64,000 nt of DNA, taken from Candidatus Bathyarchaeia archaeon (GTDB taxonomy: Archaea > Thermoproteota > Bathyarchaeia > Bathyarchaeales > Bathycorpusculaceae). The notes below the pieces were generated by a model. The model was not told the origin of the DNA and made no database searches. It was given only the letters and a program-made list of their open reading frames with translations. The DNA lies in assembly GCA_049969855.1 (NCBI GenBank), contig JBMFOB010000004.1, forward strand, positions 1 to 64,000, read 5' to 3'. Position numbers and translations under genes: made by a program. This document shows positions 46,957 to 57,201 of this stretch, piece by piece (position 1 is the stretch's first letter; every line of letters starts with the position of its first letter).

Positions 46957-48612
46957 TTGTCATCAACTGCACAAGCTGGAGGAGTTCCAGTCTTAATATT
47001 AAAAGAAGGTTCAAGCCGAAGCAGAGGAAGAGAAGCGCAGCACGCAAACATAATGGCTGCAAGAATTGTGGCTGAAACCGTTAAAAGCGCTTTAGGCCCG
47101 AAAGGTATGGATAAAATGCTTGTGGACAGCTTCGGCGATACAACGATAACAAGTGATGGACGCACAATTTTAGATGAGATGGATATTCAGCATCCAGCAG
47201 CTAAAATGATGGTTGAAGTTGCGAAAACGCAAGACAACGAAGCTGGCGACGGAACAACAACAGCCGTAGTCCTAGCGGGCGAATTACTCAACAAGGCAGA
47301 AGAACTTATTGGAAAAAATGTTCACCCAACAATAATCATTGACGGATACAAGAAAGCCAGCGAAAAAGCATTGGAAGTTTTAGAGAAAATAGCAATGCCA
47401 ACAGGGTCAAACGCTGAAGAGTACTTGAAAAAAGTGGCAATGACTTCCATGGCAAGCAAGTTAGTGGCTGAACATAAACAATACTTGGCTGAACTCGCCG
47501 TTAAGGCTGTTCTTGAAGTTGCAGAGAAAGAAAATGGAGAATACAAGGTGGACATTGATGACATTAAGGTTGAAAAGAAACCCGGCGAATCTTTAAGAGA
47601 TACTAAGCTCATTCAAGGCATAGTTTTGGATAAGGAAGTGGTTCATTCTGGAATGCCTAAGCGGGTGGAAAAAGCCAAAATAGCATTATTGGACACGGCG
47701 TTGGAGATTGAGAAGACAGAGTTTGATGCTAAAATAAACATTGAAAGCCCAGAGCAAATGGATGCTTTCCTCAAGCAGGAGGAGGAAATGCTGCGGGGGA
47801 TGGTTGAAAAGATAGAGGCAATAGGCGCCAATGTTGTTTTATGCCAGAAGGGCATAGACGACATGGCTCAACACTTCTTAGCTAGGAAAGGAATTCTTGC
47901 AGTTCGCAGAATCAAAAAGTCGGATATGGAGAAGCTTTCAAAAGCCACTGGTGGAAAAATAATAACCAACATAGATGACATGAGCTCATCTGACTTGGGA
48001 TACGCAAGCCTTGTTGAAGAACGCAAGATAGGCGACGACAAAATGACCTTCGTTGAAGGATGTAAACATCCAAGGGCGGTTACAATTTTGATAAGGGGTG
48101 GAACGGAACGCATAGTGGACGAAGCAGAACGCTCATTACATGACGCATTATGCGTAGTTCGAGATGTGGTTGAAGAACCAAAAATCTTAGCTGGGGGCGG
48201 AGCTCCAGAGCTTGAAATTTCTCGCATGCTCAAAAAATATGCTGAAACCCTTCCTGGAAGGGAGCAGCTTGCAGTTAAAAGCTTTGCAGAAGCCCTTGAA
48301 GTGGTTCCAGTAACGCTAACAGAAAATGCTGGTTTAGACCCAATAGACATACTGTCAGAATTGCGGGCACGCCACGAAAAAGGTGAAACATGGGCTGGAA
48401 TAGAAGTTAACTCTGGAAAAGTCCAAGACATGAGTGAAGCCGGAGTCTTCGAGCCTTTGGCTGTCAAGAAGCAAATAGTCAAATCCGCCGGAGAAGCTGC
48501 CTCAATGATACTTAAAATTGATGACGTGATTGCTGCTGGAAAAATGAAAGCTCCTCCAACACCGCCGGGTGGCCCACCGGGAGCTGGGTATCCAGGCGCT
48601 GGGGAGTATTAG
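46957..48612 (+). CDS. ths: Thermosome (group II chaperonin) subunit
   Basis: [27 protein letters not shown], Gly/Pro-rich tail; start TTG 46957 after GGAGG. Confidence 0.98.
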   Translation: MSSTAQAGGVPVLILKEGSSRSRGREAQHANIMAARIVAETVKSALGPKGMDKMLVDSFGDTTITSDGRTILDEMDIQHPAAKMMVEVAKTQDNEAGDGTTTAVVLAGELLNKAEELIGKNVHPTIIIDGYKKASEKALEVLEKIAMPTGSNAEEYLKKVAMTSMASKLVAEHKQYLAELAVKAVLEVAEKENGEYKVDIDDIKVEKKPGESLRDTKLIQGIVLDKEVVHSGMPKRVEKAKIALLDTALEIEKTEFDAKINIESPEQMDAFLKQEEEMLRGMVEKIEAIGANVVLCQKGIDDMAQHFLARKGILAVRRIKKSDMEKLSKATGGKIITNIDDMSSSDLGYASLVEERKIGDDKMTFVEGCKHPRAVTILIRGGTERIVDEAERSLHDALCVVRDVVEEPKILAGGGAPELEISRMLKKYAETLPGREQLAVKSFAEALEVVPVTLTENAGLDPIDILSELRARHEKGETWAGIEVNSGKVQDMSEAGVFEPLAVKKQIVKSAGEAASMILKIDDVIAAGKMKAPPTPPGGPPGAGYPGAGEY

Positions 48613-48639
48613 AATACGTCTAAAAAAGAGAAGAAAATT

Positions 48640-48876
48640 TTGATAGGTCCTCCTAAGCTTACTCGTTTCGAAAAGGCTAGGATAGTGGGGGCTAGGGCGC
48701 TGCAAATATCCATGGGCGCTCCAATCCTCGTCGAGGTTTCAGAGGGATTTTCAAGTCCAATAGACATAGCCTTAAAGGAGCTTGATGCTGGAATTTTGCC
48801 AATGACTATTAGGCGAACATTGCCAGACGGCACATACCAAGACATCCCACTCAAATGGTTGCTAGAGGAAACATAG
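48640..48876 (+). CDS. rpo6: DNA-directed RNA polymerase subunit K (Rpo6)
   Basis: [32 protein letters not shown]. Confidence 0.97.
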   Translation: MIGPPKLTRFEKARIVGARALQISMGAPILVEVSEGFSSPIDIALKELDAGILPMTIRRTLPDGTYQDIPLKWLLEET

Positions 48877-48877
48877 C

Positions 48878-49666
48878 TTAGAATGGTGGGGGCGGCGGTG
48901 GCGGAATCCTTCTGCTTTCTTCTTTTGCGTACATGGAATAGTAGTAAAATGTAGATGCAATTGGAGATATTGGTGCAATTACTGAGCTTATGATTGTGCT
49001 GACTAATGCACTGTACATTCCAAACGGAGCCAAAATCAGATTTACTACAAAAGCTAAAGCTCCAATTATTAACCCAACTATTAATGAAAGGGCAAATGTC
49101 TTAAGCCATCTTTTGCTTACAAGCTCTCTGCTTCTGGTTAGGCTTTCAAGGGCTCCCTTCCCTTCTATTACAATAACTGGAATTACAAGATAGAACATTA
49201 TGGATATTATTATGCCTGGAATTATTAAGAGCAGCAAACCTAACATTGTTAGGATGCCAACTATCAGCGATGCAACTAAAAGGGAAGGGAGCTTGGAAAC
49301 AGCGAATTTGAAGGAGTCGCTCAAGCTTGCTTTTCCCTTCTCAATTATGTCAGAAGCGGATTTAATCAAAATTCCAGAGACAACAGTGCCTATAATCCAT
49401 GAAATTATTGCGATAATAAATGCTAAAGCCATAAGCGTTAAGAGTATGTTCAAAAGCTTGGGCCAAACAACTTCTGGAGGACCCGTGAAATCTATTTTTG
49501 TAATTTCTTGCATGTAAGTGAGTATTGGGAGGCTTAATAAGGCTGAGATTATGCTAAATATCAAGTATGGTATGAAGAAGGTGCCGAAGTTCTTAAGGTA
49601 TAAGCTAAATGTTAAGGAAATATTTTCTTCAACAGATAATTCATGTGTGGGCTTTGATTCAGACAT
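48878..49666 (-). CDS. Hypothetical multi-pass membrane protein with C-terminal polyproline
   Basis: About 6 TM; LLIIPGI, E.KG..ESL.RS..L motif; ends PPPPPPF. Confidence 0.75.
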   Translation of the reverse strand: MSESKPTHELSVEENISLTFSLYLKNFGTFFIPYLIFSIISALLSLPILTYMQEITKIDFTGPPEVVWPKLLNILLTLMALAFIIAIISWIIGTVVSGILIKSASDIIEKGKASLSDSFKFAVSKLPSLLVASLIVGILTMLGLLLLIIPGIIISIMFYLVIPVIVIEGKGALESLTRSRELVSKRWLKTFALSLIVGLIIGALAFVVNLILAPFGMYSALVSTIISSVIAPISPIASTFYYYSMYAKEESRRIPPPPPPPF

Positions 49667-49704
49667 TTAATTCATATTTATAGTGTTCAACTGTTTTAAT
49701 AAAT

Positions 49705-50208
49705 TTACGTTTTTAATTTACTATCAGCTCTTTTAAGGCTCTCCAAGTTTTCCTTTGCTTGTTCAAGTGTTTTCCTTATTCTTGTCCAGTGGGCTCCTTG
49801 CCAGTAGATTTTTTCGCATTTTGGACATTCCCAAAACTCATTGTAATATGTGAATGTGCTTTTTTCTACTTTGTTGGCTGCTTTTTCTTTTGGTATTGGT
49901 TTTACTCTTGTGTTGCATTTTGGGCATCTGGATGTTGCCATGTCTATGTCTAATTCAATTTTGAATCTTTTTGCAATTTGTGCGAGTCTTTCTGCTTCTG
50001 TTTTTCCTTCGATGTAGAAGGCGTTAACTCCCTTTGCTGTGGCTTGTTGGTAAAGCTCGAAATCTCTTGTGAGAAGTATTCTTCTTTCCTTTTTTGCTAT
50101 TGTGATTAGTTGGTTATCGTCGAGTTTGCTTGAGTATTTCACGTTGTGTCCCAGCATGCGAAGCCAGCGGGTAAGTTTTCCAAGCATGCCGTCGGCGATG
50201 AACTTCAA
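49705..50208 (-). CDS. Mut7-C RNase domain protein (PIN-like + Zn ribbon)
   Basis: FIADGMLGKL.RWLRMLG, LLTRD, SRCPKCN, CPKC.KIYW.G.H. Confidence 0.93.
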   Translation of the reverse strand: MKFIADGMLGKLTRWLRMLGHNVKYSSKLDDNQLITIAKKERRILLTRDFELYQQATAKGVNAFYIEGKTEAERLAQIAKRFKIELDIDMATSRCPKCNTRVKPIPKEKAANKVEKSTFTYYNEFWECPKCEKIYWQGAHWTRIRKTLEQAKENLESLKRADSKLKT

Positions 50209-50210
50209 TT

Positions 50211-51551
50211 TTATTCTCTCCGAATTATTTCTCCGCTTCCAGCCCTTGCGACTATTTCATCTTCATCCATAATTAATTGTCCTTTGACGAAAGTTTTAAC
50301 AGGTTTTCCTTTAACTCTCCACCCATCGAATGGAGAATATTTTGCTTTTGAGTGAAATTTCGATGCTTCTATCTTGCCTTTCCTTTTTAAATCTATAACC
50401 GTCAAATCTGCCATATTCCCTTCTTCCAAATATCCTCTACCCTTGAGTCTGAAAATCCTAACTGGGTTTTCTGCCATTAACTTGACAACATCTCCTATCG
50501 ATAATTTTTTGCGGTTGACTTCTGTGAGTAGTAGCGGAAGTGTTGTTTCTAATCCTGGTATGCCCACCTTAACATTCCAAATATTTTCAACTTTTTTCTC
50601 AGCCACAGTGTGTGGCGCATGGTCTGAAGCTAAAATGTCAATCCACCCATTTTTGACGCCTTCCAAAAGGACTGCGGTATGCTTTTTCTCTCGAAGTGGT
50701 GGCAAAGTTAGCGTTAAAGCGCCAATTTTCCTCAAGTCTTTAGCTGATAAAAACATGTGATGTGGTGTGGCTTCGCAGCTTATTGGCAAGTCTGATTGTT
50801 TACCCTCTATTATTATTTCTAATCCCCTTTTTGTGCTTATGTGGCAAAAGTGCAAAGGCGAATGAGTTTGTTTTGCAATGTTTAGTAAACGGTTTATTGC
50901 CTTCCACTCTGCAATTTCTGAATGCGCCTTTAAAAATGCTTCAATGTCATTGCGGTTAAGTTGTTTAAATTTTTCTTCGATCTTTTTTATTGTTTCTTTG
51001 TCTTCTGCGTGGACAGCCACTAAAGTTTTTGATTTTTTGACATTTTTGAATGCTTCTGATAAGGCGTTATCGTCATCGATGTTTAATCCGCCAACTTGCT
51101 CCATCATAAAAAGCTTGAAGGCAACAGCCCCAGCCCTAATAATTTCTTGGATTTCGCTTGTTCTTTTTGGAAATTCAGAGTAAAAACCAACGTTAACCAA
51201 AATTTTCTTTTCAGCAACTTCCATGCGCTTTCTTAAAGTTTCAACACTCATAGTTACTGGGTTGTTGTTTGGCATGTCTAAAACCGTTGTTATTCCACCA
51301 GCTGCAGCCGCCGCAGTCCCACTGTAAAAGTCTTCTTTGTAGGCTTTTCCTTCATCCCTTAAATGCGTATGAACGTCTATTACACCAGGCAAAACTAAAA
51401 GATTCTTCAAATCCATTTTTTTATCTGCTTTTGGCATGAGAGTTTCTTTGCCTATCTTGTAGATTTTGCCGTTTTCTATGGCGAGGCTGCATTCCATTAT
51501 CTTTTTGTTTATGTAGGCTTTCGTGTTGTTTAGAACTAAGTCGACTGTCAA
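50211..51551 (-). CDS. pyrC: Dihydroorotase (cyclic amidohydrolase)
   Basis: PGVIDVHTHLR, AAAGG.TT..DMPN, HAED, HIST, E.TPHH, SDHAPH. Confidence 0.9.
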   Translation of the reverse strand: MTVDLVLNNTKAYINKKIMECSLAIENGKIYKIGKETLMPKADKKMDLKNLLVLPGVIDVHTHLRDEGKAYKEDFYSGTAAAAAGGITTVLDMPNNNPVTMSVETLRKRMEVAEKKILVNVGFYSEFPKRTSEIQEIIRAGAVAFKLFMMEQVGGLNIDDDNALSEAFKNVKKSKTLVAVHAEDKETIKKIEEKFKQLNRNDIEAFLKAHSEIAEWKAINRLLNIAKQTHSPLHFCHISTKRGLEIIIEGKQSDLPISCEATPHHMFLSAKDLRKIGALTLTLPPLREKKHTAVLLEGVKNGWIDILASDHAPHTVAEKKVENIWNVKVGIPGLETTLPLLLTEVNRKKLSIGDVVKLMAENPVRIFRLKGRGYLEEGNMADLTVIDLKRKGKIEASKFHSKAKYSPFDGWRVKGKPVKTFVKGQLIMDEDEIVARAGSGEIIRRE

Positions 51552-51599
51552 GTTAGGCTCTCTCTTTTCTTTAAAGTATAAGAATTGGCTGTTAAAAGT

Positions 51600-52526
51600 T
51601 TACTCTATTATTTTGAAGAAGTCTCTTTCCGTTAGGATTCCTACAAGTTTTTCGTTTTCAACAACTGGTAAAGCGCCAACATTTTTCTCCCGCATAATTT
51701 TCGCTGCCTTACCTATGTCCGCATTTGGTTCTATTGTTGCAACTTCTTTTGTTGCTATTTCTATGGCAAGTGTGTTCAAGACTTGGATTATGTTTCCTGA
51801 CTGCAGATATGTGAAGACTTTTCCTGAGCCGAAAAACCTTATAATGTCCATTGCTGTTATTATGCCCATTATTTTGCTGTCGGATATTATTGGTAGTCTT
51901 CTGAACCCTTGGGTTGCCATTGTTTTTTCAGCTTCAAAAATTGTTGTTTTGGGCAAAGCGGTGACGACTTTTTCTGACATTAATTCGGAAACTTTTACGC
52001 CGCTCATTCTGTTGGCAAACATGTTTGCTATGTCTCTTTCTGTGATTATTGCTCTGACGCGGTTTTCTTCGTCAACTACTGGTAAACCGCCAAGGTTCTT
52101 CTCTTTCATAATTTTTACTGCTTCACTTATTTTTGAAGAGGTTTTAACGGAAGCAACGTTTTTTGTCATTATGAGTCTAACTGGCTCGTTTATGGCTTTG
52201 AAAAAGTTTCCGCTATGTTTCTGTTGGATTATCTCAAATTTTTTTCCGCCGCCAAGATAATCTATTATGTCTGTGGCTGTTATGATTCCTTCTAGGGCTT
52301 TTGTTCCAGGGTTGGCTATGGGTATTCTGCGGAATCCTTCTTTTGACATTATTCGGATGGCATCATAGATTGGTGTGGTAGGCGCCATGGTTACAACTGG
52401 GCTTTTTGCGATGTGCATTATTTCGCTTTCGCGTTTTTTTGATGGATGGGCTCTTAAAGAGAGTTGACCCTTCTCCTTTAGTGTTCTTCTGAAGGTTTCT
52501 CTACTCAAAATATCATCCTCTTTCAT
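51600..52526 (-). CDS. CBS-domain protein (four CBS motifs)
   Basis: Repeated M...FRRIPI/GLPVV...GIIT.RD units. Confidence 0.92.
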   Translation of the reverse strand: MKEDDILSRETFRRTLKEKGQLSLRAHPSKKRESEIMHIAKSPVVTMAPTTPIYDAIRIMSKEGFRRIPIANPGTKALEGIITATDIIDYLGGGKKFEIIQQKHSGNFFKAINEPVRLIMTKNVASVKTSSKISEAVKIMKEKNLGGLPVVDEENRVRAIITERDIANMFANRMSGVKVSELMSEKVVTALPKTTIFEAEKTMATQGFRRLPIISDSKIMGIITAMDIIRFFGSGKVFTYLQSGNIIQVLNTLAIEIATKEVATIEPNADIGKAAKIMREKNVGALPVVENEKLVGILTERDFFKIIE

Positions 52527-53308
52527 TTAACAATTATTTTGGCAATATCCTCCCTGTCAACTATACCAATCAACTTGCTATTCTTATCTATCACGGGGAC
52601 TCTTCCTATATCCTTTGAAACCATGATTTTGGCAACTCTGATTGCCCTTATTGAGGGTTCCACGGCTATAACTTGGGTATTCATGATTGAAGAGATTTTG
52701 GATGAGCCCCGAAAGCGTCCCTTTTTAGATTCGAATGTTGGCAATAATGCTCCACTTTGTATGAGGTCTTTTTGTGTGACAATTCCCATCAGCCTATTAT
52801 CTTTCACGACTGGCAAGCCCGCAAAAGATTTGGTTTGCATTAAGCGCCAAATGTTATCCACGTCATCTTCTGGAGAACAAGCCACAACGTTTTTTGACAT
52901 TACTTCCTCGACGGTTCTTGCAAGTTTTTCTGGGCTTGTCTTAATTATGGCTTCGATGAAGTTTTCTAAGCCGAAAACTCCCTTGTAATTTTTGTCTTGA
53001 GTGGAGTTTATGGCTGGTATGTTCCATTCGTCGAGTCGAATCATTTCTTTAACTGTGGATGTAGCATCATCTTCTATTGTTGCTGTATGTTTTGGATTTC
53101 TCATGATGCCTTTAACTCTTATTGGGGAGACGGAGGAGGAGATTGTCATGATGTCGCCGCGGGAAACTATGCCAATAAGCCTTTTTGTTTTGTCTATTAC
53201 TGGAAGAATTCTTAGGGAAAAATCTCGTATTATTGCTCGGGCTTTTGTGGCAAGTTCATCTTCATAAACGGACAGGTGCTTTTCATTCATGATTTCTTTA
53301 ACACGCAA
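52523..53308 (-). CDS. CBS-domain protein (four CBS motifs)
   Basis: LPVID..LIGIVS.D, GLPVV..GIVT.KD, GRVPVI..GIVDRED; start TTG 53308. Confidence 0.92.
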   Translation of the reverse strand: MRVKEIMNEKHLSVYEDELATKARAIIRDFSLRILPVIDKTKRLIGIVSRGDIMTISSSVSPIRVKGIMRNPKHTATIEDDATSTVKEMIRLDEWNIPAINSTQDKNYKGVFGLENFIEAIIKTSPEKLARTVEEVMSKNVVACSPEDDVDNIWRLMQTKSFAGLPVVKDNRLMGIVTQKDLIQSGALLPTFESKKGRFRGSSKISSIMNTQVIAVEPSIRAIRVAKIMVSKDIGRVPVIDKNSKLIGIVDREDIAKIIVK

Positions 53309-53318
53309 AAACTCGTCC

Positions 53319-53906
53319 TCACTCTTCCTCTTCTTCCAATTCCGCTCTACAATCTTCGCAGATGTATTCTCCATTAACCTCTTTCAAGTCGTCTGACCAT
53401 CCTCCGCAGTGGTCGCAGTATCCAGCAAGAGGCGTGGATTCTTCTTCGCTTTCTTGGGCTCTATTTTCGCCTTCTATTAGCGCTTTTTCTTGTATTGTTT
53501 CCACAAGTTCAGGCATGACTGCTAAAATGTCTTTGCTTGAGATTAACCCGATAAGCTGTCCCTTGTATATGACTCCTAATCTTCTTATGTTTAATCTGCT
53601 CATTCTTCTCGCTGCTTCGTTAATTGTTTCGTGGGGTTCTATTGTAAGCAGGGGTGAGGTCATAACTTCTTTTGTTTGGAGGGAGTCTGGTTTAACATTT
53701 TTAGCTAAGACTCTTACAACCAAGTCTCTTTCCGTTATTATTCCTAACGGTTTTCCCTCTTTGTTTGTTACTATTATGCAGCCTAAACCATGCTTATCCA
53801 TCAATTCTGCAGCTTTGTTCACTGGTGCATCTTCTTCTATGGTTACAACTGGGCTACTCATAACGTCTCTTACCAGCATCTTAGACCTTAATCCAATGTC
53901 AGCCAT
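53319..53906 (-). CDS. CBS-pair protein with C-terminal Zn-ribbon
   Basis: VRDVMS.PV, GIITERD, IRRL; GYCDHCG...ICEDCR; start ATG 53906. Confidence 0.92.
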   Translation of the reverse strand: MADIGLRSKMLVRDVMSSPVVTIEEDAPVNKAAELMDKHGLGCIIVTNKEGKPLGIITERDLVVRVLAKNVKPDSLQTKEVMTSPLLTIEPHETINEAARRMSRLNIRRLGVIYKGQLIGLISSKDILAVMPELVETIQEKALIEGENRAQESEEESTPLAGYCDHCGGWSDDLKEVNGEYICEDCRAELEEEEE

Positions 53907-54056
53907 TCTCATCAGCCATGGGAGGATTTTGCCTTTTAAGTTATGCTTCACTCAAGTCAAAATAAGCATCATGCTTTTAAAACTTGCCGTGTAGCGTGAA
54001 AAACTAATTAGGATGTTTTGATAAAAGGTTCAGTCTAACATGTGGAGGGATATTAA

Positions 54057-54947
54057 ACGTTAAAAACAAATGTTGAAAAATTGGTGAAAATTTCAGTTGT
54101 GGGCGAAGTAGCCAGCCCAGTTTATGGAAGAGACATATACAGAGTTTCTGCCCATGGAATTCCAATGGTTTTGCCAGGAGTCGGCGGAATCACATACAAC
54201 GTGCGAGTTGGCGACCCAGCATGCGGATGGGAAGCAGACCATGTTGAACCAGGAGTAAGCCTAGAAAATAAAGAGAATGATCCGCGTTATGGACAAGGCG
54301 CAAACACGGCTTTTAATGTGCTTTCTTGTGTTGGAAACGAGGCGGTGGTGGTTGGAGGCGAAGCCAAAGGTGCAAAGGGGGTTGTAACTGGAAAACATGG
54401 CGGAATAGAACATGTGCTTGCGGATTTTCAGCCTGAAACCCTTGAAAAGCTCATGTTAGGCGACAAGGTTCTCATTAAGGCTTTCGGCGTCGGCTTGAAA
54501 CTGTTAGATTTTCCAGAAGTGAAGGTTATGAATATGGATCCACGCTTTCTTGAAGCCTTAAACCCGAAGCCGAACGGCGACAAAATTGAGGTTCCAGTAA
54601 CGCATACTATTCCAGCGGCTATAATGGGTTCTGGTTTGGGGGCAAACCAAACCTATTCTGGAGATTATGACATCCAACTTTTCGATGAAGCAACCATAAA
54701 AGAATGGAAGCTCGACAGTTTAAGACTTGGCGATTTGGTGGCTATCCTTGACGCTGACCACTCTTATGGGAGAATATACAAGAAAGGCGCCATATCCATT
54801 GGCATAGTTGTTCACACAAACTGTGTAACCTCTGGTCATGGTCCTGGAGTTACAACCCTCTTCACGTCATCAACTGGGAAGATTGTTCCAAGGATTGACG
54901 CAAAAGCCAACATTGCCTCAATCTTAAAGTTGAGGACAGATATATAA
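54057..54947 (+). CDS. DUF4438-family protein; probable ACG start at 54057 (first canonical start TTG 54081)
   Basis: PG.GGITYN..GD, DH.EPG, SC.GN, G.HGG.EH, MGSG.G, GDYDI, GHGPG; GGAGG 8 nt before ACG-TTA-AAA-ACA-AAT. Confidence 0.8.
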   Translation, partial: TLKTNVEKLVKISVVGEVASPVYGRDIYRVSAHGIPMVLPGVGGITYNVRVGDPACGWEADHVEPGVSLENKENDPRYGQGANTAFNVLSCVGNEAVVVGGEAKGAKGVVTGKHGGIEHVLADFQPETLEKLMLGDKVLIKAFGVGLKLLDFPEVKVMNMDPRFLEALNPKPNGDKIEVPVTHTIPAAIMGSGLGANQTYSGDYDIQLFDEATIKEWKLDSLRLGDLVAILDADHSYGRIYKKGAISIGIVVHTNCVTSGHGPGVTTLFTSSTGKIVPRIDAKANIASILKLRTDI

Positions 54948-54987
54948 GGTGGCATTTATTTATTGATGTGTAAGAGGAGTAGGAAAA

Positions 54988-55281
54988 TTGCCCTATAAGA
55001 GAAAGAGTCGTGGCAGGTCAAAGGGTGGAAAAGGTAGCAGCGGCGTTGTTCAGTGTGCCATGTGTGGACAACTGGTTCCTAGGGATAAAGCCAAAAAAGT
55101 TACCAGTAGGCGCTCGATTGTTGATCCTCAGTTAGCTAAAGAGCTTCGTCAGAAGGGGACCTATCTGTCTTCTTGGGTTGACACTAAATATTATTGTATT
55201 TCATGTGCTGTGCATCGTGGCATCGTGAAAGTTAGGGCTCGGGATGAAAGGCGTAGTCGTTTACGCCCCAGAAGGTTTTAA
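54988..55281 (+). CDS. rps26e: 30S ribosomal protein S26e
   Basis: KRKSRGRSKG, C..CG..VPRDKA, YCISCAVH..IVKVR. Confidence 0.96.
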   Translation: MPYKRKSRGRSKGGKGSSGVVQCAMCGQLVPRDKAKKVTSRRSIVDPQLAKELRQKGTYLSSWVDTKYYCISCAVHRGIVKVRARDERRSRLRPRRF

Positions 55282-55875
55282 TTTTTTATAAACATGTAAG
55301 CATCTTTGCAGAACTGTTAAGTTTGAAAGTATCGCAAGCAAAATTATACCAACGTTCATTACTTTTTTTGTTTCTGCTTCCCAAAGAAATGCTATGATGC
55401 TTGTTATGGCGAGTATGATTATGCGTTCTGCCCTTTCAGCCAACCCTATCGACTCCATTTGGATTCCGGCTGCTTCTGCTCTTGCGCGGCTATAACTTAC
55501 TAGTAATGAGCCGATTAGGGCTATTAAACCCCATAAAGCATCGCATAGTCCGCCTAAAATTATGCCAGCATAAACTATTGCGTCGGCATACCTATCCAAT
55601 AAAGAGTCTAAGAAACCGCCAAAAGGCGTTGCTTCTTTGTATGTTCTTGCTATTACGCCGTCTAAAGCGTCGCAAAAACCTGAAAGCAAGAGGAGAATTG
55701 TGGCAATTTGAAGGTAAAAATTGTTTGTTTGCCATAGCGCATATGTTAAAGCGGAGAAGAAGGCTAATGTTATGCCGATGAGGCTTATATTGTTTGGCGT
55801 TAAACCCATTTTGTGGGCTACTTTTGCTTCGGCAACAAGCCATTCTTGAACTTTCTTCTTCAGTTTTGTCAGCAT
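55261..55875 (-). CDS. pgsA: CDP-alcohol phosphatidyltransferase (archaetidylinositol-phosphate synthase-like)
   Basis: TPN.IS, D.LDG..AR, G.FLDS..DRY.D, SY.RARAE, ERAER. Confidence 0.9.
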   Translation of the reverse strand: MLTKLKKKVQEWLVAEAKVAHKMGLTPNNISLIGITLAFFSALTYALWQTNNFYLQIATILLLLSGFCDALDGVIARTYKEATPFGGFLDSLLDRYADAIVYAGIILGGLCDALWGLIALIGSLLVSYSRARAEAAGIQMESIGLAERAERIIILAITSIIAFLWEAETKKVMNVGIILLAILSNLTVLQRCLHVYKKLKPSGA

Positions 55876-55966
55876 TTCGGCGTCACCATCTTTTATTAAA
55901 GAAGCGATTCTTATTTATGTGAGTGTATAAAGATAAATTTGCTTAGTGAAATGGTGGTGTTGTGGA

Positions 55967-56260
55967 ATGATTAATGTAGCCTCTTTAAAAGTCGGTGAGA
56001 AAACATGTTTAGGTGTTAGAATTGAGCTTCCAGAATCGCCGCCACTTTTACTTGTAATGGCGGATAAGGGTTTTGTCATGTGCGTTTTCTTAAATGTGGA
56101 TGCTGCTGAAAAACTCGGCGTGGCAGCAGCCATGGTTAGCGGCGTTAAAAGCTTTGACGACGTTTTAAATGCAAACGTTAAAGCAGTCACGAGTAAGGCT
56201 GAAACTTTTGGCGTTAAGGTTGGAATGAAAGGCGCTGAAGCGTTAACGCTTATGTTTTGA
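55967..56260 (+). CDS. YunC/DUF1805 family protein
   Basis: P...LL.....GFVMC..LN, AA.V.GV...D.L.A.V..VT..A...G...GM.G.EAL. Confidence 0.85.
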   Translation: MINVASLKVGEKTCLGVRIELPESPPLLLVMADKGFVMCVFLNVDAAEKLGVAAAMVSGVKSFDDVLNANVKAVTSKAETFGVKVGMKGAEALTLMF

Positions 56261-56275
56261 AAAGCCCAAAATTGA

Positions 56276-56319
56276 TAGCCTCCCCTAGGATTTTCTAGCC
56301 CCCTCCCCTCTAGGTTTTC
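56276..56319 (+). repeat. Imperfect tandem direct repeat at the edge of a decayed island
   Basis: TAGCCTCCCCTAGGATTTTC followed by TAGCCCCCTCCCCTCTAGGTTTTC. Confidence 0.6.
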
Positions 56320-56401
56320 AGAATTTTGACGATATGTGAGGTTGTAGTTATCGCAAAATATATGTAGAGAGTTGAATGAGCCTTAACTGGAAAGGTGTTC
56401 T

Positions 56402-56560
56402 CAGCCGGGAACGAATCCTCGCGGAGTGGAAATAAGTAAAGATGCGCTGGTAAGGCTGCTTCATGACAAGGATTCTAAGAAAATTGAGATATTTTGGCAA
56501 CGTTCAGTAATGGAATATAAACCGTATCAGAGATGGGTGGATTACTGGAAAGAGAGTTAA
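56402..56560 (+). pseudogene. 3' remnant of a ThaI-like type II restriction endonuclease
   Basis: Start-less frame QPGTNPRGVEISKDALVRLLHDKDSKKIEIFWQRSVMEYKPYQRWVDYWKES*, recalled as resembling the ThaI-family C-terminus; convergent with and overlapping the MTase stop. Confidence 0.6.
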
Positions 56561-57190
56561 CTTAAAAATTCGGCTAATTTGATTTGAGACTGCTTCTTTA
56601 AGAAATCTTTGATTCTTTTTTCGGCTAGTTTCACATACTCTGGTTCTATGTCATAACCAACGTAATACCTGCTTGTTTGAAGAGCTGCTATTGCCGTTGT
56701 TCCGCTGCCCATAAAAGGGTCTAATATGACTTCTCCCTCAAAAGTGTAAAGTTTTATGAGCCTAAGAGGTAATTCAACTGGAAATGGGGCTGGATGACCA
56801 ACTCTAGTGGCTGATTCAGCAGGGAAAGTCCATACACTTTTTGTCCACTCTAAAAACTCTTCTTGAGTAATGGTGCTGTTTCTCCCCTTTGGGTTTTGTC
56901 TGCTGAATGTATCCTTTGAAAAAATCAATATGTATTCATGGACATCTCTTAGCGTAGGGTTACTTGGTGAACACCAACTTCCCCAAGCGGTAGAAGCCGC
57001 GGCGCTCGAACCTTTATCCCAGATTATTTCGCCTCTCATAAGAAATCCAATGTCTAACATGCTTTGAACAACAAAGACATCCAGAGGGATGTATGGTTTT
57101 CTGCCTAAATTAGCCACATTAATGCAAGCTCTGCCTCCGGGGACTAGAACCCTGTATGTTTCTTTGAACACTTTTGTTAGTAAACTTCTA
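56557..57190 (-). pseudogene. 5'-truncated N4/N6 DNA methyltransferase (beta class)
   Basis: RVLVPGGRACINVAN, HEYIL, HPAPFP, DPFMGSGTT present; catalytic TSPPY region absent, and homology breaks upstream of RSLLTKVFKE. Confidence 0.8.
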
Positions 57191-57201
57191 TGGCTGGGTT
57201 A

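Noticed and set aside
47322-48482. Minus-strand ORFs within the thermosome gene
   Set aside because: Antisense shadow ORFs
51523-53994. Long plus-strand ORFs (245, 149, 210 aa) opposite the CBS genes
   Set aside because: Antisense shadows of well-supported minus-strand genes, with no motifs
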